Below, in pieces: positions 55,437-64,000 of a stretch of 64,000 nt of DNA. The stretch's first letter is position 1; each line of letters starts with the position of its first letter. The notes beneath the pieces are model-generated. The model saw only the letters and a program-made list of their open reading frames with translations, made no database searches and was not told where the DNA came from. Location of the stretch: positions 713 to 64,712 of the forward strand of contig DYIF01000005.1 of assembly GCA_020723765.1 (NCBI GenBank), written 5' to 3'. The position numbers and the translations under genes are program-made. The DNA is from Elusimicrobium minutum. GTDB taxonomy: Bacteria > Elusimicrobiota > Elusimicrobia > Elusimicrobiales > UBA9959.

Positions 55437-56171
55437 TTAATAAATTTTATACCTATCCGTTTTTATAAAAAGGTTTTCTTTTGAGGTTATATTTTTGAAA
55501 GAAACGGGGGTTATTTTTTTGCCGTTAAAAAGCGGGCTTTCGATTACGAGGCTTTGTATATCCGGCTTTGTTATTCTAAAACGGGGCTTTAGTTTTTTGT
55601 TTTCTTTTTCCATATCGTCTATGAATTTTAAATCCATAGTTCTACCCAAAAAGGATTTGAATTTATTTTTGTCTTTGGATATCCCGACGCAAATGGGTTT
55701 TATCCCGGCTTTAGAATATGATTTAGTCAAATCTTTAAAAGATTTGTCTATGAAAGGGAAAAGATATTTGCGATTTGTTTTATTAAAGAAAGCCGTTATT
55801 AATCTGTATTGTTTTTTGTGATTGGGCTCGGATTTTATATCGTCTTTATCCCAGGTGAAAAAAAACGTAAAATCGCCTATTTTCCCCTCGACCCATCCGA
55901 CCAGTTCCGAAATAAAAGCCGATACGTCGTTTTTAAAAACAAAATATTTCCTTTCATCCATCTTGAAATATAAAATCTCGATATTCATCAATTTGGAGTG
56001 CAGTTCTATTATCTTTTTGGAATAAGGGTTGTTAAAATAAACATATCCCTTTGAGTGAGGTATCGGTTCTAAGTTTATCAGAAAAGGGACGGAGTATCCT
56101 TTTTTTAAGGCGGTATATAAAGCGAAATGAGAATCCTTACCGCCGCTATATAATATAACGGCTTTTTTCAT
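55437..56171 (-). CDS. PP-loop ATP pyrophosphatase, ATP_bind_4 / MJ0570 (Dph6-like) family, paralogue of 5770..6537
   Basis: 244 aa. MKKAVILYSGGKDSHFALYTALKKGYSVPFLINLEPIPHS...ELHSKLMNI aligns by eye with the other copy, with roughly 60 percent identity over the first 65 residues. The shared C-terminal motif is SLVIESPLF versus SMVISSPLF. Confidence 0.6.
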   Translation of the reverse strand: MKKAVILYSGGKDSHFALYTALKKGYSVPFLINLEPIPHSKGYVYFNNPYSKKIIELHSKLMNIEILYFKMDERKYFVFKNDVSAFISELVGWVEGKIGDFTFFFTWDKDDIKSEPNHKKQYRLITAFFNKTNRKYLFPFIDKSFKDLTKSYSKAGIKPICVGISKDKNKFKSFLGRTMDLKFIDDMEKENKKLKPRFRITKPDIQSLVIESPLFNGKKITPVSFKNITSKENLFIKTDRYKIY

Positions 56172-57007
56172 CTGCCTTTTTTCTTTCTAAACTCGCTTAC
56201 CATTTCTTTAAGGTCCGCCCAGCTCCCCATACCGGTCATTCCGTAATAAGCGTGTTCTATGGGAGTGTCGGGACATATATAACTTCCCCTTTTTACGCCT
56301 TTAGGGTCTTTTTTCAATCCTAACCAGATAAGCCATACTCTCATATTTGAAAAATCTTTTTCCAATAACTCGGGACCGGCCTGAAAAATCTTTTTTTTGT
56401 CTCCAAAACCGTCCAAAACGCAGGCGGAGTGATAACCTAAATTTTTTGCGGCTGTTATGTCTTTTTCGGTATCGCCTATTACATAAACGTTATTTTCTTT
56501 TATCTCTTCTTTTATTATCTTTTCGGCGTTTTTGACGGCCGTTTTAAGCATATCTTCTCTGGTGGTATGTTCCTCGCCGAAACCGCCGAATAAGAAATAA
56601 TGAGAAAGTTTAGACGGGCCTAACTTTATATAAGCCCCTTTTTCTAAATTTCCCGTACCAAGCCCTATTAAAACGTCGTCTCTTTTGGATAAAAAGTCGA
56701 GAAGCTTATCGACGCCTTTTATTTTAAAATATTTTCCGGCTTTAACCGAATAATTAACCTCGTCGGGCAGATGTTTTATGTATAACTCTCTTAATTTTTT
56801 ATATTCTTTTGAGTTCGGTTTTCTTTTAAAAGCGCAGTAAAAGGCGTTTTCAAAATTGACCTTATCTGTCGAGCCCTGAAGTTCGAAGTATTTGCAAACG
56901 TCCTCAATACCCCCGATATCGGATACCGCTTTGTTCAAAGCTCTCATACCGGCACCGCCGGCGTTTATAACCGTTCCGTCAATATCGAAAAGTATTATTT
57001 TTTTCAT
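56168..57007 (-). CDS. HAD-superfamily hydrolase (phosphoglycolate-phosphatase-like) with C-terminal extension
   Basis: 279 aa. Motif I ILFDIDGTV and motif IV VIGDTEKD. About 70 extra C-terminal residues. Confidence 0.7.
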   Translation of the reverse strand: MKKIILFDIDGTVINAGGAGMRALNKAVSDIGGIEDVCKYFELQGSTDKVNFENAFYCAFKRKPNSKEYKKLRELYIKHLPDEVNYSVKAGKYFKIKGVDKLLDFLSKRDDVLIGLGTGNLEKGAYIKLGPSKLSHYFLFGGFGEEHTTREDMLKTAVKNAEKIIKEEIKENNVYVIGDTEKDITAAKNLGYHSACVLDGFGDKKKIFQAGPELLEKDFSNMRVWLIWLGLKKDPKGVKRGSYICPDTPIEHAYYGMTGMGSWADLKEMVSEFRKKKGR

Positions 57008-58241
57008 AAGCTATTTTTCCTTTTTTGAAAGTGATTTTGTTTAAATTGGCTCCAAAGTAGTAACCCAACTCTCTATGGTCTTTTACTTCCAAAATAATTA
57101 TATCGGCATCCATACCCAAATCTATCATACCAACCCTGTCGTTTATCTCTAAAGCGCATGCGGCGTTATAAGTGGCGGATACTATGGCCTCTGAAATTCT
57201 CATTTTCATATGAGTCAAAGCCAAAGATATTACAAACTGCATATTCCAGCATGGGCTTGTTCCGGGATTAAAATCGGTGGCCAGAGATACGGGGTTAGCG
57301 TTTTCTATGAATTTTCTGGCATCGGGGTATTTGGTTAAACCTAAAAAATAATTGGATGCGGGAAGAAAAGTGGCTATGGTATCGGATTTTTTAAGAAGTT
57401 TTATATACTCTTCATCCGCAAAGTCCAGGTGGTCAGCCGATATAGCTTTTACTTTGTTAGCCACAACGCTTCCGCCAGATTTTGTAAGCTGGTCGGCATG
57501 TATCTTAGGTTTAAGGCCGTATTTTTTTAAATGGTTTAAATAATTAATAGCTTCTTTCGGTTCAAAATATCCTTTTTCGCAAAAAATGTCCGCGTAAATG
57601 GCAAGTTTGTTTTGGGCCACATACGGAACCACTTCTTTTTTCAAATAATCCAGATAATCCTTAGAGCTTTTAAACGAAGAGGGAATGGAATGAGCCCCTA
57701 AAAAAGTCGGTATCATTTCAAGCTGGGCGTTTTTTTGAGATTCTTTTACGGTTTTTAAAATTTTTATTTCGTTTTCAAAGTCGAGCCCGTATCCGCTTTT
57801 AACCTCCGCGGTTGCGGTTCCGCATTCCAAAAATTTTTTTGAAAAATCTATAAGATTTCTAGAAAGTTCTTCGATATCCGAATTTTTAATATCGTTTGCG
57901 CTCCTGTTTATCCCACCTCCGGCTTTTTTTATCTCGGCGTATGTGGCGCCCTGAGTTCTCATTTCAAAATCTAAAAGCCTGGGTCTTGCAAATACCGCGT
58001 GAGTATGAGAATCTATAAAAGCCGGCATTACTACCCCGTCGGCTTTTATATTAATAAATTTGTTTTTTTTGATTTTTTTAATAACCTCTTTCTCTTTTCC
58101 GTAATATTTTATTTTGCCTTCTGATATGTATATGGCGGCGTCTTTTATTATTTCAAGTTCGGTCAATTCTTTCCCGATTCTAACGGATTTCTTGCCTTTT
58201 AAAGTTAAAAGTTCGGTTATGGAAGTTATCAGGTAATTCAT
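56979..58241 (-). CDS. hutI: imidazolonepropionase-like amidohydrolase
   Basis: 420 aa. FIDSHTHAVFA, KKAGGGI, EVKSGYGL, LGAHSIP, IHADQL, SADHL, ATDFNPGTSP, and GMDADIIIL follow the HutI motif order. ATGA overlap with the menA stop. Confidence 0.75.
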   Translation of the reverse strand: MNYLITSITELLTLKGKKSVRIGKELTELEIIKDAAIYISEGKIKYYGKEKEVIKKIKKNKFINIKADGVVMPAFIDSHTHAVFARPRLLDFEMRTQGATYAEIKKAGGGINRSANDIKNSDIEELSRNLIDFSKKFLECGTATAEVKSGYGLDFENEIKILKTVKESQKNAQLEMIPTFLGAHSIPSSFKSSKDYLDYLKKEVVPYVAQNKLAIYADIFCEKGYFEPKEAINYLNHLKKYGLKPKIHADQLTKSGGSVVANKVKAISADHLDFADEEYIKLLKKSDTIATFLPASNYFLGLTKYPDARKFIENANPVSLATDFNPGTSPCWNMQFVISLALTHMKMRISEAIVSATYNAACALEINDRVGMIDLGMDADIIILEVKDHRELGYYFGANLNKITFKKGKIAYEKNNTFRY

Positions 58242-59092
58242 AATACTATCGCTATTGAAAATAACACTCCAAAAGCCAAAACAAACTGGGCGGTTTTTCT
58301 AACAAGTATTACATAATCGCCTTTTTCGGTTATTTTAAAAAGGTCGTACATCAAAACCAAAGACGGAAGAAGCAAAAGCGAAGTTTTTGAGAAGTTAAGC
58401 AAAAATAGAGAAAACAAATAGCTTAAAAACAATAGAGATATGTATATTTTTTTAGAAACGTTTATCCCGAATATGTCGACTATCGTTTTTATGCCTTTCT
58501 CCGTATCGGATTTGTCGTCTCTTATGTTATTGGCAAGCAATATGTTTACTATCAAAAGCGCGGACGGTATCGATAAAAATATAGATTCGGGGACAAACCT
58601 TTTGGCCATAATCATAACCGCTCCGCTTACTATCAATGGACCGAAACATAAAAATATCACTATCTCCCCTAACGCTTTATATTTTAAAGAAACGGGATTT
58701 GCGGTGTATATAACGGCGAGCAAAAATCCCGTTCCCGCTATAAACAGAAAACTCCACAAAGAATATTTAAAAACGAGAAAAAAACCTATCAAAGCGCTAA
58801 ATATTAAAAGCCCCCATGCGACTATAAATGCGGTCTTAGGGGTTACAAGCCCTTTTACTATGCCTATGTCGTCCGAGTTTTCGTCGTCCACTCCGTTTTT
58901 ATAGTCGTAATAAGTATTTAAAACGTTTGCCCCCAAATGCAAACTCAGCCCGGCGATAAAAATTAAAACAAAATCTAAAGCGTTAAACCATCCGTTTTTA
59001 TAAGAATATACCCCGGATATCATTAAAGGGACTATTGAAGCCGGCCAGGAGTAAGCCCTTAATATTATAAACCATTTTTGGAAATTACTCAT
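58238..59092 (-). CDS. menA: UbiA-family prenyltransferase, MenA-like (1,4-dihydroxy-2-naphthoate polyprenyltransferase)
   Basis: 284 aa, about 8 TM helices. Asp-rich motifs NTYYDYKNGVDD and NNIRDDKSDTEKGIKT. Confidence 0.75.
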   Translation of the reverse strand: MSNFQKWFIILRAYSWPASIVPLMISGVYSYKNGWFNALDFVLIFIAGLSLHLGANVLNTYYDYKNGVDDENSDDIGIVKGLVTPKTAFIVAWGLLIFSALIGFFLVFKYSLWSFLFIAGTGFLLAVIYTANPVSLKYKALGEIVIFLCFGPLIVSGAVMIMAKRFVPESIFLSIPSALLIVNILLANNIRDDKSDTEKGIKTIVDIFGINVSKKIYISLLFLSYLFSLFLLNFSKTSLLLLPSLVLMYDLFKITEKGDYVILVRKTAQFVLAFGVLFSIAIVL

Positions 59093-59102
59093 AATCTCCT
59101 CC

Positions 59103-60029
59103 TCATTTTTTCCTTTCGCACATAGAATATATAAAATTAAAAAAATCTATCGCATTGTCTTTGTTTTTAAATTTTAAAATGTCGTCCTTTAAATCCAAAA
59201 CCAGATTTAAAGCTTTTTCTCTGGCCAGATCGGTGTATTTATTTTCCACAAGATGTTTTCTTATTTCATAAACCGGAACAATATCTTTTTTATCTTCAAA
59301 AAAACCGAGGGTTCTCGTTTTTACATAATCGTCTTTTAATCCTAAAAGCACGGGGTAGTTTATTTTCCCCTCGACGAGGTCTTTAAAGCTGTCTTTTCCT
59401 ATTAGGTTTTCGTCTCCTTCTATGTCTATTATGTCGTCTATTATCTGAAAACTTAAACCGAAATTTTTAGATATCTTATCGAGCATAACGAAATCGTTAA
59501 ACCCGGAAACGGCTCCTATTGAAAAAGAAATCCATCTAAAAAGAGAAGATGTTTTTAAATCGACTACTTCTGAATAATCCGATTCTGTTATTATTTTAAA
59601 TTTTATATTTTCTTCCAAAAGAGCGCCTTTGCTCATACTCTCGACGCAATCGACCAGGCTTAAAGCCAAATCGCATGAAACGGATTTCGCTTTTTTGAAA
59701 GCTATCGATACCACAAGATCGCCCACCAGTATTGCCCTGTTTATTCCGTATTTAAAGTTTATGCTCGCATTCCCTCTTCTTGTCAAAGCGCTGTCGACGC
59801 AGTCGTCGTGAAGCAAAGACGCCATATGAACGATCTCGGCGGCCGAGGCTATTTTCACCGCGTATTTTAAATCCGCGCCCAAAGCTTTGGAAAGCCAGAA
59901 AGCGAATCTCGTTCTTACCCCTTTACCTAAAGGTTCGGTAAAATTTTCATATAAATCGAAGTATTTTGAAGGAATTTGTTTAAAAGACGAAATAATTTCG
60001 TCTTTTACATTTAAAATAAAATTCTCCAT
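59103..60029 (-). CDS. polyprenyl diphosphate synthase (trans-IPPS)
   Basis: 308 aa. First Asp-rich motif LLHDDCVD and second IIDDIIDIEGD. Confidence 0.85.
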   Translation of the reverse strand: MENFILNVKDEIISSFKQIPSKYFDLYENFTEPLGKGVRTRFAFWLSKALGADLKYAVKIASAAEIVHMASLLHDDCVDSALTRRGNASINFKYGINRAILVGDLVVSIAFKKAKSVSCDLALSLVDCVESMSKGALLEENIKFKIITESDYSEVVDLKTSSLFRWISFSIGAVSGFNDFVMLDKISKNFGLSFQIIDDIIDIEGDENLIGKDSFKDLVEGKINYPVLLGLKDDYVKTRTLGFFEDKKDIVPVYEIRKHLVENKYTDLAREKALNLVLDLKDDILKFKNKDNAIDFFNFIYSMCERKK

Positions 60030-60062
60030 AATTTAGATTTTACAAAATTTGGCATTTATACG

Positions 60063-61805
60063 CTAAAATCTGATTTGTTTTTCCAAAGACTTCTGTATTT
60101 CTTCCAATTTTTTGCTTATGGTCTCGGATTCGGATTTGATTTTTTCTTTAAGCTCGCTCTGTTTGGCTTTTATCAAAGAATCAATTTTTTGTTTGTTTTT
60201 ATTAATCTCAAGGTCTATTTTTTCTCTTATCTCGGCTTTTGCTTTTTCTATCTCTTTTTTAAACGCGTTTTCAAGCGAGCCGGATATTATATCCGCAAGA
60301 TCGGTTTTAAAAGATAAAGAAGGCGATTTTAATTTCCCCGAAAGTTTTATGTCGAGCGAAAAAGTTTTTAACCCGGACAACGAGTTTTCTATGGTTTTGT
60401 TAAGCTTATCCAATTTGGTTATGGCTACATAAGGTTTCAATTCCATATCCCTAAAAACGGATTTTATCTCGGCGTCTACATCCGAACCCAAAGTTTTTAT
60501 ATTTACAAAAGTGTCTAAATAAGAAGAAGGGATTTCTATTTTCAATTTATCTTTACCGTAAACTAAGTTTGAAACCTTAACACCGGTATATTTCAAATCG
60601 GTAACGGATTTTGCGATATCGGTTGATAAATCTATAGAAGAGTTAGCCGATATCTCGGATTTATCTTTCTTGCCGAAAAGCTTTATTTTCAAAGGATAGG
60701 GATAAACCGAAGGCTGGGTTGTAAGATTTTCGACGGTAGCCGAGTATTCTATGGGATTTTGGGGAGTCAATACCCCGTCTATATGAGCGATTTTTAAAAG
60801 AAATTTGGGGTAGCTATCGTACTTTGTAAAATTGACAACTCTTCCTCTTTTTCTTTTTTCCTCAAACACCTTTTTCTTCGGGTTATCCGGAATATATCTC
60901 TCGGCTTCTAAAGCCATGGAATAATAATCGTTTATTTTGTTTACGGTATCGGAGCCTAAAAGCATTCGTGATATGGACTCGGAATCGATCTTCGGTATTT
61001 TAGCAAGGCTCATTATTCTATCCATATCTTCTTTTCTCGCCTGGTCGAGAGATTTGTAATAATCTTTTACCTCGTTTAAAAGATTTGAAACTTCTCCTTT
61101 GTCTTTTTTAAAATCTTTATAAAATTTGTCTATTTCCTTTTTTAATTCCGAAGCCTGTTTGGCCTGTTTTATAAAGTTCTTTTCTTTTTTAACATCCTCG
61201 AATTTTTTTTCTATGTTTTTTAATCTTTCGTCGTATTTTTTAAAATCTATTTTCTCTTCTATGTTTTTATAATCGGCGTTATATTTTTCTTCTATTTCTT
61301 TTAAAAGATTAACCGATTTTAACTCGGCGACTTCCAATTTTATATCGCTAATCGCGTCGGTCTTAATTTCCCCCAATCTATCTACGGCAAAATCCTGGGC
61401 CTTTGCCATATAATTTTTAACAAATTCCGGCATCTCCGTCTTTTTTATTTTAATCTTACAGGATGTTTTCCTCGGGGTATCGAACGAAAGCCCTTTAATC
61501 GAGGCCTCGTCTATTACGAATTTTTTTTCAAAAAGAGGTTTTGAAAGAAGAGCGAATTTAAGCTTTTTAAACTCGAATAGATTATTAAATTCTTTGTTTT
61601 TATTTCCAACTTTAAGCTCTTCTATCTCTATCGAAGGGTTAATAAAAGAGGTTTTAACCTTCTTTATTTCCGCTTTCGCCTCGAAAACGCTTTCAAGCGA
61701 TTTAATCATCGTCCATTTAAGCAAAGGGTCGAAAGCGAAATAGAAAAAAAGATAAACTATCAAAACGAAAACTAATCTGGGTATTAAATAACTCCATCTT
61801 ATCAT
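60063..61805 (-). CDS. membrane-anchored coiled-coil protein, unknown function (possibly TIGR03545-like)
   Basis: The ORF track runs to 61817. Met5 (61805) forms an ATGA overlap with the upstream stop. It has an N-terminal TM (LIPRLVFVLIVYLFFYFAF) and long Lys/Glu-rich helical regions. The family name is recalled from memory and not verified. Confidence 0.5.
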   Translation of the reverse strand: MIRWSYLIPRLVFVLIVYLFFYFAFDPLLKWTMIKSLESVFEAKAEIKKVKTSFINPSIEIEELKVGNKNKEFNNLFEFKKLKFALLSKPLFEKKFVIDEASIKGLSFDTPRKTSCKIKIKKTEMPEFVKNYMAKAQDFAVDRLGEIKTDAISDIKLEVAELKSVNLLKEIEEKYNADYKNIEEKIDFKKYDERLKNIEKKFEDVKKEKNFIKQAKQASELKKEIDKFYKDFKKDKGEVSNLLNEVKDYYKSLDQARKEDMDRIMSLAKIPKIDSESISRMLLGSDTVNKINDYYSMALEAERYIPDNPKKKVFEEKRKRGRVVNFTKYDSYPKFLLKIAHIDGVLTPQNPIEYSATVENLTTQPSVYPYPLKIKLFGKKDKSEISANSSIDLSTDIAKSVTDLKYTGVKVSNLVYGKDKLKIEIPSSYLDTFVNIKTLGSDVDAEIKSVFRDMELKPYVAITKLDKLNKTIENSLSGLKTFSLDIKLSGKLKSPSLSFKTDLADIISGSLENAFKKEIEKAKAEIREKIDLEINKNKQKIDSLIKAKQSELKEKIKSESETISKKLEEIQKSLEKQIRF

Positions 61806-62305
61806 TTGAAATACCACTCAAAAAGCCAGCTTGCTTTTAAAAATTTTACGAATCTGGAATTTGAAACCTTGTTTTTCAAAAACAAATTATAGTAATTAGC
61901 GAATTTTTTAAATAAAAAATAAGACGGAATAAAAAGGGATAAACCCAACATTAAACCGCCCATTACCACCGTGTTATTGAAATCGGTCCAGGGAATAACC
62001 GGCATATTATACATCTTTGTAAAAAAAGGCTCTAAAGATTTTAATGTAAGTATATAATATCCTATTTTATCTGAGATAAGATCTGTTATCGGGGCCAACA
62101 AAGAGAAAAAGAATATGGATAGTATTAAAAACGGTATATTGGCTTTGGTCGAAAGCGAGAGAATAAAAAGAAGCTGAGCCGTAAGATTGTTTTTGGGAAT
62201 TATGCCTATCATCATACCGAAGGATAGCCCCAAAGCTATCTGGTAAGGCTCGTTTTCTTTTAAAAGCCCTTTTACAAACTGTCTTATTATAGATAAAGGA
62301 TTCAT
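61802..62305 (-). CDS. small polytopic membrane protein, DUF2062/TIGR03546-like (unverified)
   Basis: 167 aa. EPYQIALGLSFGMMIGIIP followed by 3-4 TM helices. Translationally coupled to the downstream 580-aa gene. Confidence 0.5.
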   Translation of the reverse strand: MNPLSIIRQFVKGLLKENEPYQIALGLSFGMMIGIIPKNNLTAQLLFILSLSTKANIPFLILSIFFFSLLAPITDLISDKIGYYILTLKSLEPFFTKMYNMPVIPWTDFNNTVVMGGLMLGLSLFIPSYFLFKKFANYYNLFLKNKVSNSRFVKFLKASWLFEWYFK

Positions 62306-62328
62306 AATAATATTATATAAATTTGAAA

Positions 62329-62940
62329 TTACTTATGCCTTAGAAAGTCCTCATCCTCCCAGTCCCCCGGAACTCCGGAAATCGGAAGAAGCCGTCTATC
62401 CTCGTAAGAATCCGCGTTTAATTGTTGCATCTTTTTAAATTCTTCTTTTATTTGAGAATAGGATATGTCGTTTTTCTTGACTCTGATTACCGCAAAGTAG
62501 CTCGCTAAATACATAGGTATCGATATCAAAATAAAGCTCCAGCCGTATTTATAACTGTTAAGCCTTGTAAGCATCCAGCCGCTTAAAGTTTCCCAGAAAG
62601 AAACAACGAAAGCCGAGCCCGAAAGTATATATGCGACTATTAAGTTAAGCTCAGAGGTCTTCGGGATGGAAAGTATGACTATCAAAAGAGACAAATAAGC
62701 CATTATTATTATAAGCGACCTGAAAACCCAGTTTTTCCATCTGTCTTTGGATAAAACTATAACTCCGTAGACCGGATGGTCTATTATCTCGGCCCTATCC
62801 CCCCACTCCACCTCGACCGTTTCTTCTCTTGAATTGGAAGCGGTAATGGAGTTTTCGGCTAAAGCGAAATCGGGAGTTAAAGGCAAAAAAATATTTAAAA
62901 CGAAAAAAGAAAAAATTATTTTAATCGTTATTTTGTTCAT
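62329..62940 (-). CDS. membrane protein, unknown function
   Basis: The ORF track runs to 62961 from a TTG. ATG Met8 (62940) gives MNKITIKIIFSFFVLNIFLPL (signal/TM), then four further hydrophobic helices. Confidence 0.45.
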   Translation of the reverse strand: MNKITIKIIFSFFVLNIFLPLTPDFALAENSITASNSREETVEVEWGDRAEIIDHPVYGVIVLSKDRWKNWVFRSLIIIMAYLSLLIVILSIPKTSELNLIVAYILSGSAFVVSFWETLSGWMLTRLNSYKYGWSFILISIPMYLASYFAVIRVKKNDISYSQIKEEFKKMQQLNADSYEDRRLLPISGVPGDWEDEDFLRHK

Positions 62941-63211
62941 CCGGTTTAAAATACTCCTCAACCTTATAAAACGTGCTGTCTTTTTTAAGGCCTATCATAT
63001 AATCCACGTCTTTTATTTTCTTCATATCCTCTTTTTTAATATCGGATTTAAGTTTTATCTTGGGCTTCAACTCTATCATATCGAAATAATGCCAGTAGGT
63101 CGTAACGACCGAGGCTATCATGCAAGTGAGCATAAAACCGGTAAAAAAAAGGTCTTCTCTGTCTTTTCTTATCCAGTATTTCTCTCTGAATCTTCTTGTA
63201 AAATTGCTCAT
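62921..63211 (-). CDS. small single-TM protein, unknown function
   Basis: 96 aa. Its ATG forms an ATGA overlap with the valS stop, which suggests translational coupling. TM LFFTGFMLTCMIASVVTTYW. Confidence 0.5.
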   Translation of the reverse strand: MSNFTRRFREKYWIRKDREDLFFTGFMLTCMIASVVTTYWHYFDMIELKPKIKLKSDIKKEDMKKIKDVDYMIGLKKDSTFYKVEEYFKPDEQNND

Positions 63212-64000
63212 CTTTCAAACCCCGAAAGAATTTTTTCAAGCTTTGAAATTTTGATATTGTTCTCGTTTACTCTCTCTTTTATTTTTACAACCTCTGACTC
63301 CGGAGCTTTTTCGGTGAAATCCTTATTTGAAAGCATCTTCTCCCATTTTTCGTTGGAGATTTTTATCTCGTCCATTTCTTTTTTTATTCTGAGTTTTTCT
63401 TTTTCTATGTCTATGTTTGAGTCGCATTCCACATATATCTCGTAATTTCTAACGACGCTTTTTATGTAAGTTTTATCTTTTTCGGGACTCCCTATTATTA
63501 CGGCCGCCGATTTTGAAAGGTGTTTTATATAACTCAAATGATCTAAAATATTTTTTTCAATCTCGCTTACGCCGGCCAATACCACTACTATTTCCTTTGT
63601 GGGATGAAAGGAAAACTCGGACCTGACGGTTCTTATTTCTCTTATGATCTCCATCAAAACTCCCATATCGGCTTCCGCTTTTTCGTCTTTTATATGGAAA
63701 GGTTTTTTTATCTTTGAATCAACTATAAATTTTTCCGGGTTTTCAAATCTTTCCTTAAGCGCCGAGTATATCTCTTCCGTAACGAAAGGCATAAACGGAT
63801 GAAGCATTTTTATTACCGACTCGAAAACTTTAATAATCAAGCCCATCTTATGCGATTTAAGCTCGGTATTTATATACATCTTTGAAATCTCAAGATACCA
63901 GTCGCAAAACTCGTCCCAGACAAATCCGTAAACCGTATCCAGGGCCTCGCTTAACATATAATTGTCCATCAGTTTTTTATACTCGTCTATTATCTTTGAG
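63208..64000 (-). CDS. valS: valyl-tRNA synthetase, C-terminal part (gene runs off right window edge)
   Basis: The frame stays open to the window end. Anticodon-binding region ALDTVYGFVWDEFCDWYLEISK and a C-terminal coiled coil (EKEKLRIKKEMDEIKISNEKWEKMLSNKDFTEKAPESEV). Confidence 0.9.
   Translation of the reverse strand, partial: SKIIDEYKKLMDNYMLSEALDTVYGFVWDEFCDWYLEISKMYINTELKSHKMGLIIKVFESVIKMLHPFMPFVTEEIYSALKERFENPEKFIVDSKIKKPFHIKDEKAEADMGVLMEIIREIRTVRSEFSFHPTKEIVVVLAGVSEIEKNILDHLSYIKHLSKSAAVIIGSPEKDKTYIKSVVRNYEIYVECDSNIDIEKEKLRIKKEMDEIKISNEKWEKMLSNKDFTEKAPESEVVKIKERVNENNIKISKLEKILSGFER

Noticed and set aside
56979-58241. Reinterpreting the amidohydrolase as a futalosine-pathway deaminase because it is coupled to menA and polyprenyl synthase
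   Set aside because: The motif order (HTH, KSGYGL, HADQ, DH, ATDFNPG) follows imidazolonepropionase closely. Without a phylogeny I keep the HutI-like call and only note the menaquinone context.
62834-63445. 203-aa plus-strand ORF, plus many other long antisense ORFs in the track (for example 1566..2225, 3946..4455, 11181..11603, 6512..6910, 58440..58904, 43119..43526)
   Set aside because: Each lies entirely opposite a gene with strong family motifs and has a low-complexity Phe/Leu/Ser/Ile-rich composition with no motifs. These are typical shadow ORFs of an AT-rich genome.
1-64000. Search by eye for rRNA, tRNA, CRISPR arrays, IS elements and integrases
   Set aside because: The larger spacers (9145-9341, 15980-16066, 23704-24133, 33180-33270, 45219-45806, 46389-46557) showed no cloverleaf-like GC-rich segments and no regularly spaced direct repeats of 25-40 bp. 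No ORF has a transposase or integrase signature. Absence is by visual inspection only, so tRNAscan-SE, Infernal and a CRISPR finder should confirm it.

Overview
AT-rich (low-GC by eye) bacterial chromosomal window with about 60 protein-coding genes, all but five on the minus strand. Genes are tightly packed, with many ATGA-type start/stop overlaps. I recognised no rRNA, tRNA, CRISPR array, transposase or integrase. CDS coordinates come from the supplied ORF track, with starts adjusted by codon arithmetic where a better start is visible. Small features located by hand may be off by 1-2 nt.

Content from left to right:
- tilS (partial), recG, thrC.
- A carbamate-kinase / carbamoyltransferase pair.
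- A PP-loop ATPase.
- pal-cpoB-tolB, which implies a diderm envelope.
- tdk.
- Envelope genes: SDR epimerase, receiver protein, GT2, SpoIID/LytB-TPR.
- An ECF sigma / anti-sigma / periplasmic protein module next to an S8 protease.
- A three-gene type IV pilin-like cluster, including an 840-aa pilin with lamin-tail-like and CarboxypepD_reg-like segments.
- nnrE-polX, sppA, a Kef-type antiporter, rlmI, ddl, mnmA.
- A long purine supra-operon: IMPDH-like, guaA, MFS, purC, tandem purS, purL, purQ, purF, purD.
- An accessory segment at about 45.2-55.4 kb that looks even more AT-rich.
- A second PP-loop paralogue, HAD, hutI-like, menA, polyprenyl synthase, membrane proteins and valS (partial).

The accessory segment is the main item. 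It is a type I restriction-modification operon (hsdM ... hsdS ... hsdR) with four extra genes nested inside it:
- A TIR-domain protein.
- A small three-helix membrane protein.
- A ThsB-like (DUF1863) TIR-like protein.
- An AlbA_2/Schlafen-like protein.

The TIR / membrane / TIR-like trio looks Thoeris-like. It lacks any ThsA-type (SIR2-SLOG or Macro) partner, and I cannot match it to a named system. It is my candidate for the undescribed system.

The left border of the accessory segment carries a duplicated 35-bp nested palindrome, a 12-copy heptamer tract and a start-less coding relic.

Taxonomic guess, low confidence: Tol-Pal plus pilin-like genes in a low-GC background is reminiscent of Elusimicrobiota-type genomes.
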